DNA from: an uncultured bacterium
GTDB taxonomy: Bacteria; Krumholzibacteriota; Krumholzibacteriia; Krumholzibacteriales; Krumholzibacteriaceae
NCBI GenBank assembly: GCA_963813815.1
Contig: CAWFAD010000016.1
Coordinates: 128,001-192,000, forward strand
Direction: 5' to 3'
DNA: 64,000 nucleotides
Shown here: positions 28,804 to 38,948 of the stretch, in pieces
Layout of the letters: the number at the start of each line of letters is the position of its first letter
Numbering within the stretch: position 1 is the first letter of the stretch
The notes under the pieces: model-generated
What the model was told of the DNA's origin: nothing
Databases searched by the model: none
Seen by the model: only the letters and a program-made list of their open reading frames with translations
Program-made: the position numbers and the translations under genes

Positions 28804-29304
28804 ATGCACTCGATCGGGCTCGTCGCTCTCTACGGAGCGTTGCTCCTCGCGAACCTGCTCATCTTCGTGGGGCTCCCCGGAAGCTGGGTCGCATTCGCCG
28901 TCATACTCATTTACTCGATCGCGACGCGGTTCGCCGTCGTGGGCTGGCCCATGCTGCTCCTCATGGCCGGCGTCGGCGTCGCGGGCGAGATCGTCGAGTC
29001 GCTCCTCGGGCTCGTCTACGTCGCGCGCAAGGGCGCGACGAGGTGGGGAGTGTTCGGGGCGTTCGCCGGCGGTCTCGCGGGCGCCCTCCTCGGGACGGCG
29101 ATCATGCCGGTGCTCGGGAGCGTGCTGTTTGCGTTCCTCGGCGCTTTCGGCGGGGCGGTGCTGCTGGAGTACGCCCGGTACCGCTCGCTCGACCGCGCTC
29201 TCCAGACCGGATTCTTCGCCTTCGTGGGGAAGCTCCTCGCCTCGCTCGTCAAGTTCGCGCTGGGGCTCGTCGTGCTCGCTCTATTCATCTATCGCACCTG
29301 GTGA
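28804..29304 (+). CDS. DUF456-family membrane protein
   Basis: GLPG motif; Gly-rich TM helices; GAFGGAVLLE. Confidence 0.8.
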   Translation: MHSIGLVALYGALLLANLLIFVGLPGSWVAFAVILIYSIATRFAVVGWPMLLLMAGVGVAGEIVESLLGLVYVARKGATRWGVFGAFAGGLAGALLGTAIMPVLGSVLFAFLGAFGGAVLLEYARYRSLDRALQTGFFAFVGKLLASLVKFALGLVVLALFIYRTW

Positions 29305-29406
29305 TCGCCCCGGCGCCTGCCCACTAATCAGGACGCCATTCCACAAAAGTGGACATTGCCGCCGAGAGCGGCCGCGGCTAACTCGTTTAGATTCAATAAA
29401 ATAATG

Positions 29407-29421
29407 TGGCATGCGACTTGC
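29407..29421 (+). promoter_or_regulatory. sigma54 (-24/-12) promoter candidate
   Basis: TGGCAT-GCGAC-TTGC gives exact GG-N10-GC spacing; AT-rich tract upstream; intergenic. Confidence 0.6.
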
Positions 29422-29503
29422 GAATATTCATGCGGGAAAATGCGCCCGCGAGGGGTTAGGTGTCTTCGGTCCGCGGGGCGCTCCCGAAGGAAGGTCGCCA
29501 GTC

Positions 29504-29983
29504 ATGCTCCGGAGTCTCGCCGCCTACGCCGTTCTCGCCGCGATCCTCGCGGCTCCTCTCCCGGGAGCGTCGGCTTCTCAGGAAAGAGACAGCGGCGCGG
29601 CCGAGCCGGCCGCCGGGGAGCCGCTCGCCGTTTTCGGGATTTTCGAAAAGGCGTGGCGGGAGGGGAACGCGCAGGCCCTCTCCGCGATCGCGAGCGATTC
29701 CCCGATCCTTCTCGACGTGCGGGGCCTCGAGCGGCAGGGCGGCTACTTCACGAAGGCCCAGCTCTACTACATCCTGAAGGAGATGTTCGCCGGCACGAAT
29801 CAAATGACTTTCCGGTTCGTGAAGTTTCACAACATCGACGAGCGGGATGTGCGCGTGTACGGGATCGCGCAGAGGAGCTACCGCGTCAAGCGCAGCGGCG
29901 GGATCTTCAGGGACAAGGTGTATGTGGCGCTCGTCAGGGAGGGATCGCGCTGGGCGGTGGCGGAGATCAAGTCGGCGTGGTGA
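29504..29983 (+). CDS. Secreted NTF2-like / DUF4783-like protein
   Basis: Signal peptide; AWREGNAQAL...YFTKAQLYYILKEMF. Confidence 0.6.
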   Translation: MLRSLAAYAVLAAILAAPLPGASASQERDSGAAEPAAGEPLAVFGIFEKAWREGNAQALSAIASDSPILLDVRGLERQGGYFTKAQLYYILKEMFAGTNQMTFRFVKFHNIDERDVRVYGIAQRSYRVKRSGGIFRDKVYVALVREGSRWAVAEIKSAW

Positions 29984-30014
29984 CCGTAGCCGAAGGCCTC
30001 GGAGCCGTGAAACC

Positions 30015-33000
30015 GTGCAACACGATAGAGAACACAAGATCTTCCTCGCCCTGCTGTGGGTTTTTCTCCTCTGCTCGCTGATCTATTTCACCGTCAGCCT
30101 TTCCTCGGGCAGCCTCTTTCTGCCGCTCACGGTCTGGTATCTCCTGCTCTTCCTCTCCGCGGGATTCGTCGTCTTTCTCTTCCTGCCGCATGCCGGGCGC
30201 TCCGTCCCCGGGGTGCCGGGGCGGTACGAGGAGACGCTCCGCGCCCACCGCTGGTATCCGTCCACGCTGCCGGAGATCGTCGACGGCCGCTCCGGCGGGC
30301 CGCCGCCGTCGAACGGCGTGCTGCCGCCTCCGAGGGCGATCCCCTTCGTGCCGCTCGTGCCCTTGCTGTTGCTCGCGGTCTGCGTTCTCCTCGCGTATCC
30401 GGGCGGCCCGGACGAGTCGGTCTGGCGCACGCGGGAGACCGCGCGGCTCGAGGGGGTCTACGATCGGGCCCGATCCGAAATCGTCGCGGTGGAGGGCAGG
30501 GCGCTCGAGCTCGCGGAGCGAACGGCTGCCCGCCTCGATTGGGCCTGCGCCGAGAGCGATTCGACGGAGCTGCGCGCCGCGGCCATGTCGATGGTCGACT
30601 CCCTCGCCCGCGCGGCCGGCCGTTCCGGCGGGTCCCTTCCCGAGGGAGGTATACAGGCGATTCGCCCGGATGGGGCGCTGCTCGCGTGGGGCGGCTCTCC
30701 CCGCTATTTCGAGAGCGATCGTCCCGACGTCCCGGATTCGGTCCGCGTCTTTATGGCGCGGACCCCGCTCTACACGCTCCTCGTGGCGGAGACGCGCGCG
30801 CCGGGCGGAGAGGGGCGCGTCGTCGTCGACATTCCGCTCGAGGTCAACTACCGGATCAACAATAGATTTCTCCGCAGCACGAGCCTCGGGGACCTCCTGT
30901 CGAGGCGCCTCGGGGAGGACGTCGAGATCAATTTCTCGGCGGGGGAGCACGGCGGCTTCGTGCCGTGGCGCGATCGCGATCTGCTGATCGAGGAGACGCG
31001 CGTCGTCACGGGCCCGAACGCCGGCGTGCAGATCATCGGCGCCGTGCGTTCGACGACGGGGCTTCCGCTCGCGCGGCTCCGGGTCAAGGGGCGGCCTTTC
31101 GATGCCGCCATGCTGGAGCGCGAGGGGCGGCGGAGCCTCTGGGCGCGCCTCGCGCTGTCGCTCGCGATCGTCGTGAGCGCCGTTTGGATCTATTCGATCT
31201 ACTGCAAGCGCGCGGCGCGCGAGGGGAAGCGGGGCGCGGTGTTCGCGCGGCGCGTCGTCGTGCTCGCCGCCTTCGTCGTTCTCATCCGGTACGCCCTCCT
31301 GCGTCTCAAAATTCCGGGCGCGCTCTTCGAGAAAACGGCGGTCTTCGATCCGATGTTCTTCGCGGACGCCCTGCCCGGCGGCTTTCTCAGGAACGCCGGG
31401 GAATATCTCATCACCGCGACGTTCGGGCTCATTCTCGTCTTCGGCGTCATCAAGAGCTTCCGGACGTATTACCCCGGCCGGCTCGAGCGGCCGCTCGCGG
31501 GAGGCGGCGCCGCGAGCGCGCCCCGCGCCGCGGCCAAGGCGGCGCTCGTCTTCGCCATTCTCGCGGCGTCGCTCAAGCTCTCGGGCGGCGCGATCATGCG
31601 AGGCGTCGTCAACTCCCCGCAGCGGCTCGTCGGATTCGAGGTCCGGTTCGCCGATCCGACGGTCATCGCGCTCCATCTTTCCTTTCTTTTCGCCGTCTCC
31701 GCCTTTTTCATCTCGGCGCTGTTTCTCGCGCGGCTCGTGCTCGCGTGGAGGGGAGGAGGGCGGACCGAGAGGATCGCCGCCTTGGCCGCCGCGGTGATCG
31801 GGGTCGCCGCGCTCGCGCCGGCCGGCGCCCTCGGAACGGGAGGCTGGCCGCTCGCTCTCGCCGCGGCGGGGCTCGCCGTGCTCGCGCTTCGCATCTTCCC
31901 GCTGCTCCGCAAGGAAGAGACGGTATCGGTCGTCTTCGCGTCCTTCTTCCTCGTGCTCCTCGCGACGGCCGTCATCTATGCGGTCGCGAGCGACGCCTAC
32001 GACGGGCTTCGCCGCGACCTCGTCGAGGGGAAGGCGGAGAATTTCAGCGGCCCCGGCGACACCATGATGAAGATACAGCTGCCCGACGTCTGCGACGAGA
32101 TTTCGCGCTCGCCGGCCTCGGCGCCGCGCATCTTCGCTCGAAAGGAGTCGGCGGCGTTCGAGTTTTGGGCCGAGAGCCTGATCAGCCGCCTCGGGCTCTC
32201 CTGCGCCTGCGAGGTGTTCGACGCGGCGGGGGAGCGCATTTCGCGATTCTCGGTCGGCATGCCGTTCGACCCGCCGCGCCGCGCGCCCGATCGAGAGCGC
32301 CTGCGCCTGGGCGGCTTCGTCGAGGACGAGAGCATGACGACGAAGGAGGGGGCGGTTCGGTACTACACGGGATACGCGCCCGTGTCGAACGCGCGCGAAA
32401 ATCTCGCCGGGTGGGTCGAGATCACGATCCCCTATTTCTTCGAGAGCCCGGAGCTTCTCGCGCGCACGGGCCCCGCGACGCCGGAAGTGCTGCAGAATAT
32501 CGAGCGCGGCAGCGCGGCGCCGCGCCGCGACGAGCCGGAGAACCTGCTCGTCGCGCGCCTGTCGCGGGGCCGCGTCGTTTCGTCGTCGCGGCCGGAGCTC
32601 CGCCCCGGGGCGAATCCCGTTCCGAGCGACGGCGGGTGGTTCGTCGTCCGAGCCGGACGCGACGCGTACAACTGCGTCGCGAAGCTTCGCGGAGGCGACG
32701 GCTACCTCGTCGGCTATCGCGAGCCCGGAGCGATCGAGAGCCTCCTGCGGTGGGCGACGATCGTGTCGATCGACATCGTTCTGACGCTCGCCTCGCTCTT
32801 CCTTCTCTTCCTGCTGCGGCGCGTCCCCGTCATGAGGGGGATCGTGCCCGACGTCTCGCCGGCGCGCGGGCTCGGTTTCCGGCAGAAGGTGCTGCTGTCG
32901 TTCCTCGTCATGTCGATGCTGCCGGTCGTGATTCTCGGGGCCTTTTCGAGTCAGGTGATCCAGAGGCGCTACCGCGCCGAAACGGAGAACGAGGCCCTCG

Positions 33001-34829
33001 CGCGCGTGCGCGCCGCCGTATCCATCATCAACCACTCGATCCGGTCGGAGGGAGTCTCGTTCTCGGTGAACGAGTTCACCGGCGGGCCGATCGCGGGGGA
33101 CCGCTCGGAAACGCTGACGCAGGAGGAGCTCGCGAGGGTCATGGAGATCTCGAATCTGGGGCAGGTCGTCGTTTCATACGAAGCACCGAACCTTTTCGCC
33201 GGCGTGTACGTCCCCGCGGGCGGTCCCGAGGCTCCCGTGGGACACATCTACTATCGCCGCCTCCTCGACGACGAGTTCATGCGGAGCGTCGCCGCCGCCC
33301 TCGGCGCGGACGTCAACATTTACTACGGGCCGTTCATCCGCGCGTCGAGCGAGCGGGAGCTCTTCGTCGGCGGGCTCGTCGACGCCGTCGTGCCGCCGTC
33401 CGTGCACCTCGACGTCGCCCTCGGCCGCGGCGCGTGGGCCGTCCGGAAGCAGACGATCGGGGATTACTCGTACTACGTGGCGAGCGCGCCGCTGCCGGCC
33501 GTGGGAGGGCTGGGGAACGCCGTGCTCTCGACGCCGATGCTCCACCGGCCCGTTCTCGTTCAGGGGGAGATGACGACGCTCGTTCTCGGGCTGCTCGCCC
33601 TTCTCTTCGCGGCGACGACGACGCTCGGGATGTTTCTCGCGGGCAAGATATTCGATCCGATCGCGGCGCTTCAGGGAGGCACGCGAAGGATCATCGACGG
33701 AGAGCTCGAGTTCAAGCTCGAGTCGAAGGCGCCGGACGAGATCGGCGAGCTCGTCGCCTCGTTCAACACGATGACGGCCGCCCTGCGCGACGCCCGCCGC
33801 GGACTCCTCGAGCGGCAGCGCTACCTCGCGGCGGTGCTCGACAACGTGGCGACCGGGGTGATGGCGATCGATAGCGACGGGCGGATCACGACGATCAACC
33901 CGCCGGGCGAGCGGATCCTCCGGCTCGCGGGCGCGGCCGTCGCCGGGAAAAAGCCGGACGAGGTGCTCGGCGAGGGGCTCGAGAGCCTGCGGAGCTTCGT
34001 CGCGGCGGGAGGAGGAGAGAGCGGCGAGGCCGAGCTCTCGCTCTTCTCGGGCGAGTCGTCGCGCACGGTCAAGGCGGTCCTCGCGAGCCTCGTCGAAGGA
34101 GGCGAGCGCCTCGGCACGGTCGTCGTCTTCGACGATCTCACCGAGCTCATCAAGACGAAGAAGCTCTCGGCGTGGATCGAGATGGCCCGGCAGATCGCCC
34201 ACGAGGTCAAAAACCCGCTCACGCCGATCAAGCTCTCGGCGCAGCTCATGCGGCGCGCGTTCGACGCGAAGAGCGAGGAGTTTCCGGAGATATTCCGGAG
34301 CGGCGTCGATACGGTGATTCAGCAGACGGAAATCCTCCGGCGCATCGCCTCTGAGTTCTCGAGCTTCGGCAAGGCGACGCGGCTCGTCGCCGAGGCGGTG
34401 CCGCTCGGGGAGTTTCTCGAGGAGATCGCCTCCTACTACCGGGGCGTGGAGGGCGTCGCGATCGAGCTCGACGTCGACCGGACGGTGCGGGCGCTCGCCG
34501 ATCGCGAGGCGCTGCGGAAGATTCTCGTCAACCTTCTCGAGAACGCGATCGAGGCGATGGAAGGGAAGGGCGCGATCGCGATCGCGGCGACGCGCGAGGG
34601 AGGCGCGGCGCGCGTAACGGTCGCCGATTCGGGCCCGGGGCTCCCGCCGGAGATACGCGCGAGGCTTTTCGAGCCGTATTTTTCGACCAAGACGAACGGC
34701 ACGGGTCTCGGGCTCGCCATTTCCCAGAGCCTCGCCCGCGCCATGGACGGCGAGGTTCGCCTGCGGAACCGCGACGGCGCCACGGGGGTCGAGGCGGTCG
34801 TGGTCCTGCCGCTCGCGGAGGGGTCATGA
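30015..34829 (+). CDS. Very large multi-pass sensor histidine kinase (HAMP-PAS-HisKA-HATPase, NtrY-like core)
   Basis: DEIGELVASFNTM, EMARQIAHEVKNPLTPI, NLLENA, DSGPG, FEPYFSTK and GTGLGL. GTG start after GGAG. Confidence 0.9.
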   Translation: MQHDREHKIFLALLWVFLLCSLIYFTVSLSSGSLFLPLTVWYLLLFLSAGFVVFLFLPHAGRSVPGVPGRYEETLRAHRWYPSTLPEIVDGRSGGPPPSNGVLPPPRAIPFVPLVPLLLLAVCVLLAYPGGPDESVWRTRETARLEGVYDRARSEIVAVEGRALELAERTAARLDWACAESDSTELRAAAMSMVDSLARAAGRSGGSLPEGGIQAIRPDGALLAWGGSPRYFESDRPDVPDSVRVFMARTPLYTLLVAETRAPGGEGRVVVDIPLEVNYRINNRFLRSTSLGDLLSRRLGEDVEINFSAGEHGGFVPWRDRDLLIEETRVVTGPNAGVQIIGAVRSTTGLPLARLRVKGRPFDAAMLEREGRRSLWARLALSLAIVVSAVWIYSIYCKRAAREGKRGAVFARRVVVLAAFVVLIRYALLRLKIPGALFEKTAVFDPMFFADALPGGFLRNAGEYLITATFGLILVFGVIKSFRTYYPGRLERPLAGGGAASAPRAAAKAALVFAILAASLKLSGGAIMRGVVNSPQRLVGFEVRFADPTVIALHLSFLFAVSAFFISALFLARLVLAWRGGGRTERIAALAAAVIGVAALAPAGALGTGGWPLALAAAGLAVLALRIFPLLRKEETVSVVFASFFLVLLATAVIYAVASDAYDGLRRDLVEGKAENFSGPGDTMMKIQLPDVCDEISRSPASAPRIFARKESAAFEFWAESLISRLGLSCACEVFDAAGERISRFSVGMPFDPPRRAPDRERLRLGGFVEDESMTTKEGAVRYYTGYAPVSNARENLAGWVEITIPYFFESPELLARTGPATPEVLQNIERGSAAPRRDEPENLLVARLSRGRVVSSSRPELRPGANPVPSDGGWFVVRAGRDAYNCVAKLRGGDGYLVGYREPGAIESLLRWATIVSIDIVLTLASLFLLFLLRRVPVMRGIVPDVSPARGLGFRQKVLLSFLVMSMLPVVILGAFSSQVIQRRYRAETENEALARVRAAVSIINHSIRSEGVSFSVNEFTGGPIAGDRSETLTQEELARVMEISNLGQVVVSYEAPNLFAGVYVPAGGPEAPVGHIYYRRLLDDEFMRSVAAALGADVNIYYGPFIRASSERELFVGGLVDAVVPPSVHLDVALGRGAWAVRKQTIGDYSYYVASAPLPAVGGLGNAVLSTPMLHRPVLVQGEMTTLVLGLLALLFAATTTLGMFLAGKIFDPIAALQGGTRRIIDGELEFKLESKAPDEIGELVASFNTMTAALRDARRGLLERQRYLAAVLDNVATGVMAIDSDGRITTINPPGERILRLAGAAVAGKKPDEVLGEGLESLRSFVAAGGGESGEAELSLFSGESSRTVKAVLASLVEGGERLGTVVVFDDLTELIKTKKLSAWIEMARQIAHEVKNPLTPIKLSAQLMRRAFDAKSEEFPEIFRSGVDTVIQQTEILRRIASEFSSFGKATRLVAEAVPLGEFLEEIASYYRGVEGVAIELDVDRTVRALADREALRKILVNLLENAIEAMEGKGAIAIAATREGGAARVTVADSGPGLPPEIRARLFEPYFSTKTNGTGLGLAISQSLARAMDGEVRLRNRDGATGVEAVVVLPLAEGS

Positions 34830-35629
34830 GCCCCCTCCGGCGCGCGTCCGCGCTCGCGTTCATGGCCGGCCTCGCGGCGGCGCTCTCGTTCGCTCCCGGC
34901 GCCGGCGCCCTCGCGCAGGATGTGCTCCCGCCCGGAGGGTACCGCGCGCCCGAGGCCGCCTCGCGCGATCGCGAGCGGCTCATCGACGAATCGCGCGTTC
35001 ACGTGGCGCGGCTGCGGTACGGCGGCGGCGGCGACTGGTACGCCGACCCGTCCTCGATTCCGAATCTCCTCCGGGAGCTGAGCGCGCGGACGCGCATCCC
35101 GACGGCGCGATCGGAGTTCGTGGTGGAGCCCTCCGATCCGCGGCTCTTCGCGCACCCATTCCTCTATATGACCGGCCACGGGAACGTGAAGCTCGGGGCC
35201 GCGGAGCGGGACCGCCTGCGGGAGCACCTGCTCGGCGGCGGCTTTCTCTGGGCGGACGACTGCTACGGGATGGACGAGTCGTTCCGGCGGACGGTTCGCG
35301 AGATCTTTCCCGAGCGCGAGCTCATACTGCTGCCGCTCGACCATCCGATCTACCGGAGCTTCTACGCGCTCGCGGGACCGCCGAAGATACACGAGCACGA
35401 CGGCGCTCCGCCGCAGGGCTGGGGCGTCGTGGACGGCGAGCGGCTCATGATATTCTACACGTACGAATGCGACGTCGGGGACGGCCTCGAGGACGCCGAC
35501 GTGCACGACGATCCTCCCGAAAAACGGGAGGCGGCGATTCGGATGGCGGTGAACATCCTCTACTACGCGCTGACGAACCGGGAAGGAAGCGCGGGGAGCG
35601 GCGATGCTGCGGCGCAATCCGGGCGGTGA
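34826..35629 (+). CDS. DUF4159 protein
   Basis: YGGGGDWYADP, PFLYMTGHG and GGFLWADDCYG. Confidence 0.9.
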   Translation: MSPLRRASALAFMAGLAAALSFAPGAGALAQDVLPPGGYRAPEAASRDRERLIDESRVHVARLRYGGGGDWYADPSSIPNLLRELSARTRIPTARSEFVVEPSDPRLFAHPFLYMTGHGNVKLGAAERDRLREHLLGGGFLWADDCYGMDESFRRTVREIFPERELILLPLDHPIYRSFYALAGPPKIHEHDGAPPQGWGVVDGERLMIFYTYECDVGDGLEDADVHDDPPEKREAAIRMAVNILYYALTNREGSAGSGDAAAQSGR

Positions 35630-38600
35630 CGCGGCGGCGGCGGCGGGCGGCGGATTTCGCTCGGCCTTCCGGGCGCTGCTCTCGGCGGGGCGCCGCGCGT
35701 CCGCGCGGGGCGCCGTCGCGGCCGCGCTCGCGGGGGCCCTCGGCGCGTTCGCCGCGCTGCTCGCCTTTCAGCCGATCGCCGGATCGTGGCGCTTTTTTCC
35801 GCTCGCCGCGTTCGTTCTCTTCTGGGGGGCGGCGGCGGGCTCGGCGGCATACGCGCTGGCGCGGGGCCGTCTCCCCGTCGGGGGCGGAGCGGCGTTCGCG
35901 AAAGAGCTCGACCGGCGGCTCGGCTCCGGCAACCTGATCGAGGCCGCGCTCGAGTTTTCGGGCGGCGGCGACCGCGTGTCGGCGTACTCCCCCGCGCTCG
36001 TCGACCTCACGATGAGCCGGGCGGCCGGGCGGCTCGGGGCTCTCGATCCGAGGGCGGCCTTCGCGGAGGCGGGACGTCCGGGCTGGGCCGCGGCGGGCGT
36101 GCTGCTCGGCGCCGTCGCCGCGATCGAAATCGCGCTTCTCGGCGCGGACGCGGGGCGACTCATCGGCGCCATCGGCGATCCCGGCGCGTCGTTCCGGTAC
36201 CCGTACCGACCGAGCCTCGTCGTGACCTCGGGCGACCGCTGGGTGCTTCCCGGCGACAGCGCGACCGTCGAAGCGGTGAGCTTCGGATCGGCGGGGGGCG
36301 CCGTCACGCTTCACGTGAGCGCCGTCCCCGGGGTCTGGAGCCGCGTCGAGGTTCCGGGCGAGACGCCGGGGCCCGAGGAGCCGGGCTTCTCGATCTACCG
36401 CCACACCTTTCGAGGAATCCGCGACGAAATCACCTACGCCTTTTCCGCGCGCGGCGCGCGCACGCGCGAGCATCGCATCGGGGTCATCCACCGGCCGGTC
36501 GTGAACCGGCTCAGGGCCGTCCTCGTCTATCCGCGCTACACGCTCGCGCGGCCCGACACGCTCGATCCGCTCGCGGGAAGGATCGCCGCGATCGCCGGCA
36601 CGCGCGTCGAGCTCGCGGGCGAGACGAGCAAGCCGCTCCGCAGCGCGCGGCTCCGCTTCTCGGGCGGCGCTCGAACGCCGCTCCGCACGGGGGCGGGGGG
36701 ATTCACGGGGAGCTTCGCCGTGGAGGCGAACGACACCTTCGTCGTCGACGTCGTCGATTCGGCGGGATTCGCGAACGATCACGCCGTCGCGTATCCCGTG
36801 GCGGCGCTCGAGGATCGTCCTCCGTCGATCGAGCTTCTCGCCCCGGAGGACGGGGCGCTTCTGCCGAGGAGCCTCGAGATCGAGCTTCTCTACCGCGCGG
36901 CGGACGATTACGGCGTCGCGCGGGTGACGCTGCGGTTCATGCGCGAGGGGAAGGACGACGCGTTCCGCGAGGCGCCGCTCGAGCCTCCGCCCGCGGCCCC
37001 GTCGGCCGCGATCGAAGGGCGCGGCGTCTGGTCGCTCGCAGGCGCCGGGGTCTTTCCGGGCGACCGCATCCTGTACTATCTCGAGGCCGCCGACAACAAC
37101 GCCGCGACCGGTCCGGGCGTGTCGCGCACGCCGGCGCGCCGTCTCGCCGTGCCGTCCATGAGCGAGATCTACGCGCGCATCCGCGAGGACGAAGCGCGTC
37201 GCGAGGAGGATCTCGCCGGCGCCCTCGAGGACGGCCGCGAGATCAGCGACCGGCTCCGCAAGCTGTCCGAGGAGCTCAAGGCGGAGGGGGACCTCGACTG
37301 GAGCGCCCGCCGGGAGAGCGGAGCCATTCTCGAAAAGCAGCAGGAGCTGCGCGAGAAGATGAGCCGCATCACGGGTGAGTTCGCCGAGAGCCTCGATGAG
37401 ATCGAGCGCAACCGCGCCGCTTCGCGCGAGGCGGCCGACAAGATGCGCGAGATCGAACGGCTCATGAAGCGGATCGAGAGCGAGGATCTCCGCCGGTCGA
37501 TCGAGGGGCTTCAGAAGCTCATGCGGGAGATGCCGGCGCGCGATCTCATGGAGGCGATGAAGGATCTCGAGCTCGACACGAGCCGGCTCCTCGAGAATCT
37601 CGACCGGACGATCGAGCTTCTGAAGCAGGCGCTTCGCGAGGAGCGGATGGACGAGCTCGTTCGACGCATGGACGAGATGCTCGAGGAGCAGACCGCGCTG
37701 CGGGATTCGACCGAGAGGGGCGACACGGACGATCTCGCGAAGAGGCAGGACGACCTTCGCGGCGAATCCGAGCGGTATGAGCGCGAGCTCGACCGCTTCC
37801 GCGGGGAAGAGAGCGACAGCTCCCTCGCCGCGGAGCTCGAGCGGGCCCTCGAGGAGATGAAAAAGGCCGAGCTCTCGGAGGACATGAAGCGCGCCTCCGA
37901 AGAGCTCTCCGCGGGAGACCGCGAGGAAGCCCAGAGCTCCCAGCAGAACGCGATCAACGACATGCTGAGCCTCTTCACGCGGCTCAGCCAGTGCCGGATG
38001 TCGATGGGGCTCGCGATCGAGCGCGAAACGGCCGAGGCGATGATGCGCGCGACGCGCGAGCTCGTCGAGGCCTCGAAGCTGCAGGAGAAAGTCGCGGCGC
38101 GGCTCCTCGCGCCGGGGAGGTCGGGGAGCGCCGAGCTCATCGGGGAGGCGCTCGTCGCCCGGACCGCGGTCGAAAGGATCGCGCGCTCCCTTCAGGATCT
38201 CGGGCGCAAGTCGATGTCCGTCTCCCCCTCGGTGTTCGCCCTTCTCGGCGGCGCGTTGAGGGACGCCGACGCGGCGCTCCGGAGCATGGAGGAGGAGCGG
38301 GGAGGGGACGCGGCCTCGGCGGCCGCCCGCGCCTACCACGGCATGAACCTCGCCGCGATCGAGCTGCTGCGCGCGGGGAGCTCTTCCGGAGGGAGCGGCG
38401 GGGGCGCGAGGCAGCGGATGCAGCAGCTCCTGCAGCAGCAGGTGTCGCTGCGGCGGGAGCTCCAGCGTCTGCTCGAAAGCGGGGCCTCGGGCGAATGGTC
38501 GATGGAGGAACGCGCCGGCATGGCCCGCCTCGCGGCCGAGCAGCGCCGCATGGAGGAGCTCACCCGGCAAATAGCGGACGAGAGCCGCGGGACGAACGAG

Positions 38601-38948
38601 CTCCTGGGCGCGCTCGACGATCTCGCCGGCCGCATGGAGGAGATCGCGCGGGAGCTCGACGAGGGACGGCTCGACGAAGAGCTCGTGGAGCGTCAGGAGC
38701 GGATCATAACGAGACTCCTCGACTCGCAGCGGTCGATGCGCGAGCGCGATTTCAAGCGGGAGCGGCGGAGCGCTCCCGGGGGCGACGAGGCGCCGCTCGC
38801 CCCCGAGGGGCGGCGCGCGCCGGAGAGCGAGCGCGAGGCGCTGCTCCGCATGATCCGGCGCGGCATGCAGGAAAAGGGGCCCGCCGAGTACGAGGATCTC
38901 ATACGGCAATATTTCCGGGCGCTCTCGGAGAAGGCGAGGGAGGAATGA
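35604..38948 (+). CDS. DUF4175-like membrane-anchored coiled-coil protein
   Basis: TM segments, Ig-like region with ADDYGV and EAADNN, long coiled coil, and RLLDSQRSMRER. Confidence 0.8.
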   Translation: MLRRNPGGDAAAAAGGGFRSAFRALLSAGRRASARGAVAAALAGALGAFAALLAFQPIAGSWRFFPLAAFVLFWGAAAGSAAYALARGRLPVGGGAAFAKELDRRLGSGNLIEAALEFSGGGDRVSAYSPALVDLTMSRAAGRLGALDPRAAFAEAGRPGWAAAGVLLGAVAAIEIALLGADAGRLIGAIGDPGASFRYPYRPSLVVTSGDRWVLPGDSATVEAVSFGSAGGAVTLHVSAVPGVWSRVEVPGETPGPEEPGFSIYRHTFRGIRDEITYAFSARGARTREHRIGVIHRPVVNRLRAVLVYPRYTLARPDTLDPLAGRIAAIAGTRVELAGETSKPLRSARLRFSGGARTPLRTGAGGFTGSFAVEANDTFVVDVVDSAGFANDHAVAYPVAALEDRPPSIELLAPEDGALLPRSLEIELLYRAADDYGVARVTLRFMREGKDDAFREAPLEPPPAAPSAAIEGRGVWSLAGAGVFPGDRILYYLEAADNNAATGPGVSRTPARRLAVPSMSEIYARIREDEARREEDLAGALEDGREISDRLRKLSEELKAEGDLDWSARRESGAILEKQQELREKMSRITGEFAESLDEIERNRAASREAADKMREIERLMKRIESEDLRRSIEGLQKLMREMPARDLMEAMKDLELDTSRLLENLDRTIELLKQALREERMDELVRRMDEMLEEQTALRDSTERGDTDDLAKRQDDLRGESERYERELDRFRGEESDSSLAAELERALEEMKKAELSEDMKRASEELSAGDREEAQSSQQNAINDMLSLFTRLSQCRMSMGLAIERETAEAMMRATRELVEASKLQEKVAARLLAPGRSGSAELIGEALVARTAVERIARSLQDLGRKSMSVSPSVFALLGGALRDADAALRSMEEERGGDAASAAARAYHGMNLAAIELLRAGSSSGGSGGGARQRMQQLLQQQVSLRRELQRLLESGASGEWSMEERAGMARLAAEQRRMEELTRQIADESRGTNELLGALDDLAGRMEEIARELDEGRLDEELVERQERIITRLLDSQRSMRERDFKRERRSAPGGDEAPLAPEGRRAPESEREALLRMIRRGMQEKGPAEYEDLIRQYFRALSEKAREE